Shown here piece after piece: positions 14,614-25,837 of a stretch of 64,000 nucleotides of DNA. This stretch comes from Paraspadella gotoi. Lineage: Eukaryota > Animalia > Chaetognatha. Position 1 is the stretch's first letter, and the number at the start of each line of letters is the position of its first letter. The stretch covers positions 7,275,814 through 7,339,813 of the forward strand of contig CM119264.1 in assembly GCA_051294375.1 (NCBI GenBank), in the 5' to 3' direction. The translations under genes and the position numbers were made by a program. A model generated the notes under the pieces. That model searched no databases and was not told the origin of the DNA. It saw only the letters and a program-made list of their open reading frames with translations.

Positions 14614-16771
14614 TTAAACTTCTTGAGCCGCCACGATAAGTGGCGCCAAATACTCTGTGTGGCGAATTCCGAAACTAAAACTCGGGTTTTCCTTCTTGTG
14701 CATCCAAACTCGTTCAGGTCTGAAAAAAAAGGAACATCAAAGATCCAATAAACTATAAAAACTTAGGATACAACTGAGGATGAAACCAAATTATTCATTC
14801 CTACCCGCTACGGACAAATGTAAGTACAAATAAATTCAAAAGTTTGAACGAAATTAAAATTGTTTTTAATTTTGAGAATATTAGATTTAAGACGTAATCT
14901 CATGCTAAAAAGATTCCTTCGGCTCAGCTAATCATCTATTGATGTTCCCCTGAGGAGATACTGACCTATAAGCGCCCGGTCCTGGTTTTCTTGTGGCGTC
15001 TCCCGGAATAAGATTTCTACTCGTCATGCTGTAGGACGGATTTCGATTCTTGTAACGCGACGGGTCAACTTGATTGTAAGTCCCCGGACCTAAATGATCA
15101 TTGAACATATCATGGTAAGTTGGTAACTGTCAGGACTCCTGATATTGATGGGAGAAATTTCATAGGGAATTGGTACAACCATTATAAAAATTATCCATTC
15201 ATTTAATAAATAAGCTATCTTGCCCCTGACTTTGGACAGGCTTTGGTGGTTTAAGGTCTCCATCACTCTTACAAGATAATGACATAGCAGGTTCCTGCAA
15301 GCTTTCAATCAAGACTCTCTCACAGTCTCGTTTATTCACTCCCAAAGTACCTGGCTTCCCTATCAATGAAGTGGTATAATATTTCAAAGTATTAGATATT
15401 TTAAGTATTAGATCGGGTAATGCTTATTGTACAATGAAATTGGTACAATATAAAACCAATATGTAACTGCTTGACTTCTGATTCAGGATTCATGTCGTTA
15501 CATGGGTATTTCTAGCGAGTGAGATAAAACGATTTGCCTCGAGACACCCTACCCGGAGCTTTCTGCATGTCCTCAGTGAAGCTGCCGACGTTGGATCGTC
15601 CCGACAGCGAATAACAAGGCGCCTGCTTCTTCGAGCTCATCACGGTTCTGCGAGCAACAACAACAACATGGAGGCAGGGGAAGGCAAATGAAAAGATTAA
15701 GTATAATAATTAAAAGTCAAATGAGATCTTCCGTGGAGTAGGGAAACGGTTTTAATTATTCAGTTAGTGAGAAGTGTGAGAACAAAATTATGGTATGAGA
15801 GTTAAAAAATTATGATCAAAATAAATTATAATTCAATAAATATTCAACACAACCAAAGAAATCTTTTAAAATACTTGAGGACGTAGATTCATAGTTCTGA
15901 GAGATGAGGATGATGATGATAATGATGACGAGGACAACGTCAACGATCAATGATTATTACTGACCTGCCCAACATTATTACTGACCTGCCCAACATCCCC
16001 GGCATGTTGTAATTGTTGGGTGATGGTGTTGAATCCACCAGGCGAAGTCGCGTTCTGGCGCCGAAGGAATACTCGGGCGCCTGGGGCGAGGTCGAGGTCA
16101 GGCAGGATCGCTCGGGCTGGTACTCGCCTGATAGTTGTGATAAAAATCCACACAAAATTGAGTACGAATTATATTCGAATCTTATTTTGAAAAAAAAAAA
16201 AAGGAAAATTCTAATGTGTTGCGCCGCAGTGACTTTTTCATCGCAAGTAATTCTGGTTGTCATTTGGTAAAATCATTAAAATTTATAAAAAAGAAATGAA
16301 AAATACAATTTAAAAATAATCGCCGGGCCTGTTTTCCACTTTCTTGACTCACTCTCGTGGTTAACCTACCCGGGCCAGGGTTGCTAAACATCGTGGCCGT
16401 CCTCGGTCGGCCGTACAGAGAATATTTGGGCGTGCCGTCCTTTCCGTTGCGCGTTGTGTCTCCGGGCGGAAAGTAGGCGGGACCCGGGGAGCAGTCGTCA
16501 ACGAATTTGCCTGACAATTAATCCATTGATCAATGTCGGGCTCTCATCCCTCTCTCTCTGTCTCTCTCTCTCTCTCTTTCTCTCTTACTCTCTCTATCTC
16601 TCTCTCACCTCTTCTCGACCCAAAAGAATAAGCGGGCGCGATATGCTTGGTTGATCTGTAGTCGTGGGTCAGCTTGCCAGTGAGAGAGGGCAGGGCGTAG
16701 CATGGTCCCGGGGAAGCGAACATGGCGGCGATTGGGCCGCGCGGCCGAGTGGGCGTCCAATCGCCCGGCAT
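14614..16771 (-). CDS. ODF3: Outer dense fiber protein 3 / CIMAP1-like SHIPPO-repeat ciliary protein, 6 exons
   Basis: Exons 16771-16609, 16510-16370, 16127-15986, 15647-15553, 15089-14966 and 14719-14614 splice in frame: MPGDWTPTRPRGPIAAMFASPGPCYALPSLTG...PAYSFGSR...SPGPAY...PGPGEY...PGPGTY...PGPGAY...PSFSFGIRHTEYLAPLIVAAQEV*. The recurrent PGPxxY/PxYSF SHIPPO repeats are diagnostic. Confidence 0.92.
15165..15390. mobile_element. Copy of a ~230-bp non-coding interspersed repeat family, in an ODF3 intron
   Basis: The core ggacaggctttggtggtttaa...aagataatgacatagcagg...cttccctatcaatgaagtgg recurs at 20890-21090, 21120-21235 and 21340-21560, and in the duplicated block. Confidence 0.75.
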
Positions 16772-17109
16772 GACGCTTTCTTGTCGTTGTTGTCGTAGTA
16801 GATTCTTTGCTTGCTTTCTTTTTTTATTCTTTTCGTAAAAGTGGAATAATTTTTTAAATATATTTCATAACACAGGATTTGGAATTAATTAAGATCAACT
16901 GACAAGTAAAAAAGATGGATGAAAATGAACAAAAAAAAATTTCTCGCTCTACTATTATATTTTATTAATTATTATTATTGGCATTATATTTCAGGGGCAT
17001 AAGATGCATAAGATACGTAATAACTTTAATAGTATTTAAGAAAAATTTTAATGGACTGACCTTGTTTTCGTCTTTCTCTTCGGCCTTCGATTTTGAGACT
17101 TATCAGCCT

Positions 17110-17123
17110 GTTGCTATGGAAAT
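17110..17123. promoter_or_regulatory. RFX X-box-like motif upstream of ODF3
   Basis: GTTGCTATGGAAAT, ~340 bp upstream of the ODF3 ATG; resembles the GTTGCCATGGCAAC consensus. Confidence 0.55.
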
Positions 17124-17702
17124 TTAGATCAATTAGGTCTGCAATTTCTCGATGCTCTTCTGTTATTTTTTTTACTACTATATTCACTTAATATTATTCA
17201 GGGGACATAATTTTTTATAAGATGAAAGAGGAGTTTTCTTCGTGGTAATTTATGCATTTGATGTTTTCGGAATAAAAACATTTATAGTTATTAAAAATTA
17301 AAACATTTTTCCCGTTATTTGTTTGAATGCAAAAACCTTTGTTTTTTGTACGGTTTCATATCCGCTAAAATTAATTGGCGTATACTTTATCAAAAACACC
17401 TTTTGTTCGAACTGCTTCAAGTTTTTAGAATTTCGTCGACATAGATAAGTTGATCAAATGGAAATAACCTCGTTTTATTTATGAATTTATGAAAAAAATT
17501 TTAAAAAACACACATTACTATTAACAAATAAATAAAAAGGATGATTAGGGCGAAAAAACAAGTTTATGGGATTACCGAGGTATAATTAAACATTTATAAA
17601 ATTTTCACGGTTCGATTAATCGAGCAAGAATCGTTGAAAAATGTCATTGGAAACAGCATTTGACGCCTTGTCAGCCGTCATCGGCGTCGACCGTCATCGG
17701 CG

Positions 17703-18099
17703 TCACCCGTCAACGTCACCCGTCCCTGCAAGACGAACCTTGACTCTCTCCTCCAAATCAGAGGCCGAAAAAAAATCTGCGGAAAATTCGCGGAGATTTT
17801 CCGGTTGCGAGAGAAAAACAGACCTGAGAGAAGAAAGGGTAACGTTGAAATGATTGGCGGAAACAACGACATCAACGAACATGCTGCTAATTGTAACACC
17901 AACACGCTCTCTCACTTTAAAAATTCCTGCAGCAGGGCGTCGACCTCGGGATGTTCCCTCAAATATCTCTCGTTGTCCACTCTCGTCTGAATCTTGAGTT
18001 CGTGCAGTTGTTGTTGTTGTTGCTCGTTCAATGCCTCGGCGTCGAAGTCCTCCATGCCGAAGGGCGGCTTGTTGGATGGGGGTTTTCTCGTCGTCGTCG

Positions 18100-18130
<31 letters not shown>

Positions 18131-18136
18131 AGTCAT
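17703..18136 (-). CDS. RIIAD1: RIIa domain-containing protein 1, 2 exons
   Basis: Exons 18136-17916 and 17823-17703 give ...PPFGMEDFDAEALNEQQQQQLHELKIQTRVDNERYLREHPEVDALLQEFLK|SVFLSQPENLREFSADFFSASDLEERVK... This matches the RIIAD1 pattern (KIQTRxxNExYLRxHPE, PENxxEFAADYF). Confidence 0.85.
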
Positions 18137-18340
18137 CGTGGTTCTCTTTTTATGCTTTTATTTTTAAAGTCGTCTTTTGTAGCCCTCTTTGATTCAATTA
18201 CGCACATACAAAACTGGAAAAGCGATTAGATTTAAATTACTTTTTGTATCGCCTAAAGATCAGCATAACTTTTTAATTACTAATGCACTATAATACTAGT
18301 TACGATTTTAGATAATATAAAACTGAGAAAGTCCAAGTCA

Positions 18341-18612
18341 GTTACCTTAGTTACGGAAAAACCTTTTTCGAAGTTAATTTTTTTAGAAAAAAGAGCAATA
18401 GCGGCAGAATTTGAAAGTAAAACAAAAGAATCGTTTCGTGAAAGAGGCACGTTTCCTAAACTTTGTTTCGGTATGTTATAAAAAATTTACAGTTCTGATC
18501 GGTTATCTCACACGGGCAGGACAACAAGAATTCGGTGCTTAGAAGATCATCTACATTAAAAAACTATGTGATACCATTTATGAGTGTAATAATCACTCGT
18601 TGCCATGACATC
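18341..18612. promoter_or_regulatory. Two X-box-like motifs in the divergent RIIAD1 / channel promoter
   Basis: GTTACCTTAGTTAC (18341-18354) and GTTGCCATGACATC (18599-18612) lie in the ~650 bp between the two ATGs; both are also present in the second copy. Confidence 0.5.
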
Positions 18613-18788
18613 GGATAAACTAATGAACTGAGCGACTGAAAGAGAAAGAGAGAGACAGAGAGGGACACAGCCGGGGATAAAGTTTTTTGCTTATCAAGAA
18701 ACTTGCTTCTAATTGTTTTTTGTTTTAAATATCGTCACAACTCAATCAAAATCTAAATCTAAATCTAGTTAAACTTTAATGAGGCAAA

Positions 18789-20769
18789 ATGGAGAGACGA
18801 TTGTTGAAGAAAAGACTTTCTATCGACTCGGAATTGATTTTCGAAAACCACAATCGTCGAGGCTCGTCAATCGGTAAATTAAAAGGACTGACTGACCGAT
18901 TTATTGACAATCAATTTGCTTAAAACTATTTAAAAAGTCAAAAAACTTTTTTTCGACGTCGTCCGTCAAAATAATCTTAAATTAGAAGCCAAAATTCACA
19001 AAAAAATCTTAAATTCAATTTGTCGATAAATCGATGAATCAATCAATCAATCAATCATTCCATCTATCTATCAATCACTTTCATTTATCGATAAATTAAT
19101 CGTGCTTGTTTGACTGCTTGGTTTATCCTCTTCCCGATAGACCCAGAGCCCGTCGGGCACGGGGCGGAGGCCGAGTGCGACTTCGTCCTCGCCGCCGCCT
19201 TCATCAGCGACGGCGTCAAGGGGCGAGGCGATTGGGGCGAGGCCTACGCGATGGGCAGAGGGCGTGGAGAAAGGCTCGCCTTTAGGATCGCCTACAATCC
19301 TTGGTTCATCAAGCGAGTGAAGAAAAACGTTTTCACTATTTCACTATTTCATCCGTGATGTTACAGAACGATTAGAAAAAACATTAATAATTGAATTATT
19401 GACACAATAAATGAAAGAATAATTAAATGAATCATAATTTTTTAGTATTAAATTATTAATATTTTTTTAAAAAATGAGTAATTGATTGTTTGATTAATTT
19501 ATCGCGTCGATTAAATAAATAAATGATTCCTTGATTTATATAGAAATCTATTGAGTAATCTATTGAGTAATTGATTGTTTGATTAATTTATCAGGTCGAT
19601 TAAATAAATAAATGATTCCTTGATTTATATAGAAATTATTGATCTATTGTTCGATCCATTACAGATTTATGTTCGTCGTCATCATCGTATTCAAACGCTC
19701 TGGCATTCTTCGAACCGCCTCGCCTCGTCCCCGACACTTCCTCCACTCAAAATCTCTCCTCCCCACTTCCAACCTCCTCCTCCCTCTCTCCTCCCCGCTC
19801 TCCTTCCTCCCCCACTTCCGTCTCCACCTCCTCCACGCCCACTTCCGTTCTGGCGCTCAACGCCGCTTGTCTCGTCGCCCTCGCCGTCGACGCCGGGCTT
19901 CACCTCTTTCTTTTCAAGTGGAAAAACTTTTGGAAGGCCGACGAGGCCAGGGGTCCGTGAAATTCGCGAGATTTAGTAAATTATGAATTAAGTTAATTTA
20001 ATTCAACTTGAATAAGTATTGAAAAAGTTCATTCATCCAATCCATTTAATCATTTATTCATGTATTCATTTCATCTTGATTTAATTTATTCCTTTATTCA
20101 ATATACATTCATTTTTATATTCATTCATTCATTCATTCATTCATTCATTCATTCATTCATTCATTCATTCATTCATTCATTCATTCATTCATTCATTCAT
20201 TCACTCATTCATTCATTCATTCATTCATTCATTCATTCTCTCTACCAATTTTCAGGCATCCGCATGCAGTCCATTCTTTTAATTTTCTTCTGCTTCGATC
20301 TATCTATCCTCGTGGCTCAAAATCTCTCGGGTCGCCCGGTTTTTTTGGCGGGAGATTCCAGGTTTCCTTACGGCGTCATACCCTTCAGGCGAGATTTTTC
20401 TTGACGAGAATTTTAGATTAAGCTTCAAATTTTTTAATTGCTATTTGCATAAATAAATAAATAAATGAGCGATGAGAGAACAGATGAATTGAATTCACGA
20501 ATAAAATGAATTAGAAAAGAATATAACTGTCAGAAAGAGCCGGTAGGACTTGGCAGCGGAGCACCTCCTCCTCATCATTCTCTTCCCCCTCCTCCCCCTC
20601 CAATAAAATAATTATTAATGAAAGAAAAAATAAGAAAAAAAAATAATAATAAGAAGTAAGTCAACGATGCACCCGTTATTCAGATGCCTGCGCGGTTTCG
20701 CCATCGCCTGCAAATCCCAAAATGTCGGACACGTTCTTCTCGTTTGCATCTCAACTTCGCGTCGTCTGG
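18789..20769 (+). CDS. Duplicate copy of exons 1-5 of the two-pore-channel-related gene
   Basis: Same exons as 22663-24635 (MERRLLKKRLSIDSE..., DFVLAAAFISDGVKGR..., GIRMQSILLIFFCFD..., HPLFRCLRGFAIACKS...), with an extra A in exon 3. Confidence 0.7.
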
Positions 20770-20889
20770 GTCAGTTCGGTCGCGACCCAAAATTAATTTT
20801 AACGAACGGGTTGAACATGGAATATTTTTAACGAATAATATATTACTCCTTCTGAGTGTGACTTTCCCTTTTCATTCTTTCTTATTATG

Positions 20890-21560
20890 AAATTGGCAAA
20901 ACCAATGTAAAAATATTCATTCATTTATTAAATAAATTATCTTTGGACAGGCTTTGGTGGTTTAAAATATCCATCACTCTTACAAGATAATGACATAGCA
21001 GGTCCCTGTAAGCTTTCAATCAAGACTCTCTCACAGTCTCGTTTATTCACTCCCAGTGTACCTGGCTTCCCTATCAATGAAGTGGAATAATATTATTTTA
21101 TTTTTTTTTATTTTATTTTATTATCTTGTAAGAGTGATGGAGGCCTTAACCACCAAAGCCTGTCCAAAGTCAGGGCACAGATAGCTTATTTATTAAATGA
21201 ATAGATAATTTTTATATTGGTTGTACCAATTTCATAAAATTCAGCTCCTTGTATTTTGATGCTAGTGCGGAGTACAATAAGTATTCCCCGATCTAATACT
21301 TAAGGGAGTGGTCTTTTCATACAATTGAAACATTCTTTGAAATATTATACCACTTCATTGATAGGGAAGCCAGGTACTCTGGGAGTGAATAAACGAGACA
21401 CTGAGAGAGACTTGATTGAAAGCTTGCAGGGACCTGCTATGTCATTATCTTGTAAGAGTGATGGAGGCCTTAAACCACCAAAGCCTGTCCAAAGTCAGGG
21501 GCAGGTTAGCTTATTTATTAAATGAATGGTAATTTTTATATTGGTTGTACCAATTTCATT
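20890..21560. mobile_element. Cluster of three full or partial copies of the ~230-bp repeat family in opposite orientations (also ~24755-25430)
   Basis: The copy at 20890-21090 is the reverse complement of the copies at 21120-21235 and 21340-21560. Confidence 0.75.
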
Positions 21561-21680
21561 TTAAATAATGTTTCTATTATTTTATTGAAATCTCTTACAT
21601 TTCGTTTTAATTACCTTTTGTACCTTCTTTCACCTCCCTCCTCTTCCTCTTCCCCNNNNNNNNNNNNNNNNNNNNNNNNN

Positions 21681-21976
21681 CGGTTGCGAGAGAAAAACAG
21701 ACCTGAGAGAAGAAAGGGTAACGTTGAAATGATTGGCGGAAACAACGACATCAACGAACACTGCTAATTGTAACACCAACACGCTCTCTCACTTTAAAAA
21801 TTCCTGCAGCAGGGCGTCGACCTCGGGATGTTCCCTCAAATATCTCTCGTTGTCCACTCTCGTCTGAATCTTGAGTTCGTGCAGTTGTTGTTGTTGTTGC
21901 TCGTTCAATGCCTCGGCGTCGAAGTCCTCCATGCCGAAGGGCGGCTTGTTGGATGGGGGTTTTCTCGTCGTCGTCG

Positions 21977-22007
<31 letters not shown>

Positions 22008-22013
22008 AGTCAT
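21681..22013 (-). CDS. RIIAD1: Duplicate copy of RIIAD1, exon 2 truncated by the gap
   Basis: Exon 1 translation is identical to the ORF at 17912-18136. Confidence 0.7.
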
Positions 22014-22662
22014 CGTGGTTCTCTTTTTATGCTTTTATTTTAAAGTCGTCTTTTGTAGCCCTCTTTGATTCAATTACGCACATACAAAACTGGAAAAGCG
22101 ATTAGATTTAATTACTTTTTGTATCGCCTAAAGATCAGCATAACTTTTTAATTACTAATGCACTATAATACTAGTTACGATTTTAGATAATATAAAACTG
22201 AGAAAGTCCAAGTCAGTTACCTTAGTTACGGAAAAACCTTTTTCGAAGTTAATTTTTTTAGAAAAAGAGCAATAGCGGCAGAATTTGAAAGTAAAACAAA
22301 AGAATCGTTTCGTGAAAGAGGCACGTTTCCTAAACTTTGTTTCGGTATGTTATAAAAAATTTACAGTTCTGATCGGTTATCTCACACGGGCAGGACAACA
22401 AGAATTCGGTGCTTAGAAGATCATCTACATTAAAAAACTATGTGATACCATTTATGAGTGTAATAATCACTCGTTGCCATGACATCGGATAAACTAATGA
22501 ACTGAGCGACTGAAAGAGAAAGAGAGAGACAGAGAGGGACACAGCCGGGGATAAAGTTTTTTGCTTATCAAGAAACTTGCTTCTAATTGTTTTTTGTTTT
22601 AAATATCGTCACAACTCAATCAAAATCTAAATCTAAATCTAGTTAAACTTTAATGAGGCAAA

Positions 22663-25600
22663 ATGGAGAGACGATTGTTGAAGAAAAGACTTTCTATCGA
22701 CTCGGAATTGATTTTCGAAAACCACAATCGTCGAGGCTCGTCAATCGGTAAATTAAAAGGACTGACTGACCGATTTATTGACAATCAATTTGCTTAAAAC
22801 TATTTAAAAAGTCAAAAAACTTTTTTTCGACGTCGTCCGTCAAAATAATCTTAAATTAGAAGCCAAAATTCACAAAAAAATCTTAAATTCAATTTGTCGA
22901 TAAATCGATGAATCAATCAATCAATCAATCATTCCATCTATCTATCAATCACTTTCATTTATCGATAAATTAATCGTGCTTGTTGACTGCTTGGTTTATC
23001 CTCTTCCCGATAGACCCAGAGCCCGTCGGGCACGGGGCGGAGGCCGAGTGCGACTTCGTCCTCGCCGCCGCCTTCATCAGCGACGGCGTCAAGGGGCGAG
23101 GCGATTGGGGCGAGGCCTACGCGATGGGCAGAGGGCGTGGAGAAAGGCTCGCCTTTAGGATCGCCTACAATCCTTGTTCATCAAGCGAGTGAAGAAAAAC
23201 GTTTCACTATTTCACTATTTCATCCGTGATGTTACAGAACGATTAGAAAAACATTAATAATTGAATTATTGACACAATAAATGAAAGAATAATTAAATGA
23301 ATCATAATTTTTTAGTATTAAATTATTAATATTTTTAAAAAAATGAGTAATTGATTGTTTGATTAATTTATCGGTCGATTAAATAAATAAATGATCCTTG
23401 ATTATATAGAAATCTATTGAGTAATCTTTGAGTATTGATTGTTGATTAATTTATCAGGTCGATTAAATAAATAAATGATTCCTTGATTTATATAGAAATC
23501 TATTGATCTATTGTTCGATCCATTACCAGATTTATGTTCGTCGTCATCATCGTATTCAACGCTCTGGCATTCTTCGAACCGCCTCGCCTCGTCCCCGACA
23601 CTTCCTCCACTCAAAATCTCTCCTCCCCACTTCCAACCTCCTCCTCCTCTCTCCTCCCGCTCTCCTTCCTCCCCCACTTCCGTCTCCACCTCCTCCACGC
23701 CCACTTCCGTTCTTGGCGCTCAACGCCGCTTGTCTCGTCGCCCTGCCCGTCGACGCCGGGCTTCACCTCTTTCTTTTCAAGTGGAAAAACTTTTGGAAGG
23801 CCGACGAGGCCAGGGGTCCGTGAAATTCGCGAGATTTAGTAAATTATGAATTAAGTTAATTTAATTCAACTTGAATAAGTATTGAAAAAGTTCATTCATC
23901 CAATCCATTTAATCATTTCATGTATTCATTTCATCTTGATTTAATTTATTCCTTTATTCAATATACATTCATTTTATATCATTCATTCATTCATTCATTC
24001 ATTCATTCATTCATCTTTATTCATTTATTCATTCATTCATTCATTCATTCATCATTCATTCTCATTCATTCATTCATTCATTCATTCATTCATTCATTCA
24101 TTCATTCTCTCTACCAATTTTCAGGCATCCGCATGCAGTCCATTCTTTTAATTTTCTTCTGCTTCGATCTATCTATCCTCGTGGCTCAAAATCTCTCGGG
24201 TCGCCCGGTTTTTTTGGCGGGAGATTCCAGGTTTCCTTACGGCGTCATACCCTTCAGGCGAGATTTTTCTTGACGAGAATTTTAGATTAAGCTTCAAATT
24301 TTTTAATTGCTATTTGCATAAATAAATAAATAAATGAGCGATGAGAGAACAGATGAATTGAATTCACGAATAAAATGAATTAGAAAAGAATATAACTGTC
24401 AGAAAGAGCCGGTAGGACTTGGCAGCGGAGCACCTCCTCCTCATCATTCTCTTCCCCTCCTCCCCCTCCAATAAAATAATTATTAATGAAAGAAAAAATA
24501 AGAAAAAAAATAATAATAAGAAGTAAGTCAACGATGCACCCGTTATTCAGATCCTGCGCGGTTTCGCCATCGCCTGCAAATCCCAAAATGTCGGACACGT
24601 TCTTCTCGTTTGCATCTCAACTTCGCGTCGTCTGGGTCAGTTCGGTCGCGACCCAAAATTAATTTTAACGAACGGGTTGAACATGGAATATTTTTAACGA
24701 ATAATATATTACTCCTTCTGAGTGTGACTTTCCCTTTTCATTCTTTCTTATTATGAAATTGGCAAAACCAATGTAAAAATATTCATTCATTTATTAAATA
24801 AATTATCTTTGGACAGGCTTTGGTGGTTTAAAATATCCATCACTCTTACAAGATAATGACATAGCAGGTCCCTGTAAGCTTTCAATCAAGACTCTCTCAC
24901 AGTCTCGTTTATTCACTCCCAGTGTACCTGGCTTCCCTATCAATGAGTGGAATAATATTATTTTATTTTTTTTTATTTTATTTTATTATCTTGTAAGAGT
25001 GATGGAGGCCTTAAACCACCAAAGCCTGTCCAAAGTCAGGGCACAGATAGCTTATTTATTAAATGAATAGATAATTTTTATATTGGTTGTACCAATTTCA
25101 TAAAATTCAGCTCCTTGTATTTTGATGCTAGTGCGGAGTACAATAAGTATTCCCCGATCTAATACTTAAGGGAGTGGTCTTTTCATACAATTGAAACATT
25201 CTTTGAAATATTATACCACTTCATTGATAGGGAAGCCAGGTACTCTGGGAGTGAATAAACGAGACACTGAGAGAGACTTGATTGAAAGCTTGCAGGGACC
25301 TGCTATGTCATTATCTTGTAAGAGTGATGGAGGCCTTAAACCACCAAAGCCTGTCCAAAGTCAGGGGCAGGTTAGCTTATTTATTAAATGAATGGATAAT
25401 TTTTATATTGGTTGTACCAATTTCATTTTAAATAATGTTTCTATTATTTTATTGAAATCTCTTACATTTCGTTTTAATTACCTTTTGTACCTTCTTTCAC
25501 CTCCCTCCTCTTCCTCTTCCCCTTCCACATCCCTTCCCCCTGCCCCTTCCCCCCCCCCAAAAAAGGTCGCGTCTTCATCGCCATCATCCTCCTCCTCATC

Positions 25601-25755
25601 TTCTACGGCGCCGCCGGCGTTCATCTCTTCGCCGGCGTCTATAATCAAGTCGTCGGCGCCGGCGCCTCCATTTCCGGGCTAACGACTCGGTTGACCGTGC
25701 AAATGTCACCCTTGCAGGTTATTGCAATTTGTCGAATGTCGTCCTTGTGGTCGGT

Positions 25756-25837
<82 letters not shown>

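Larger units (their letters stand above)
17802..25522. repeat. ~3.85-kb tandem duplication (17802-21655 vs 21681-25522) across an N gap
   Basis: Near-identical sequence on both sides of the 25-N gap at 21656-21680; the differences are mostly small indels. Confidence 0.92.
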
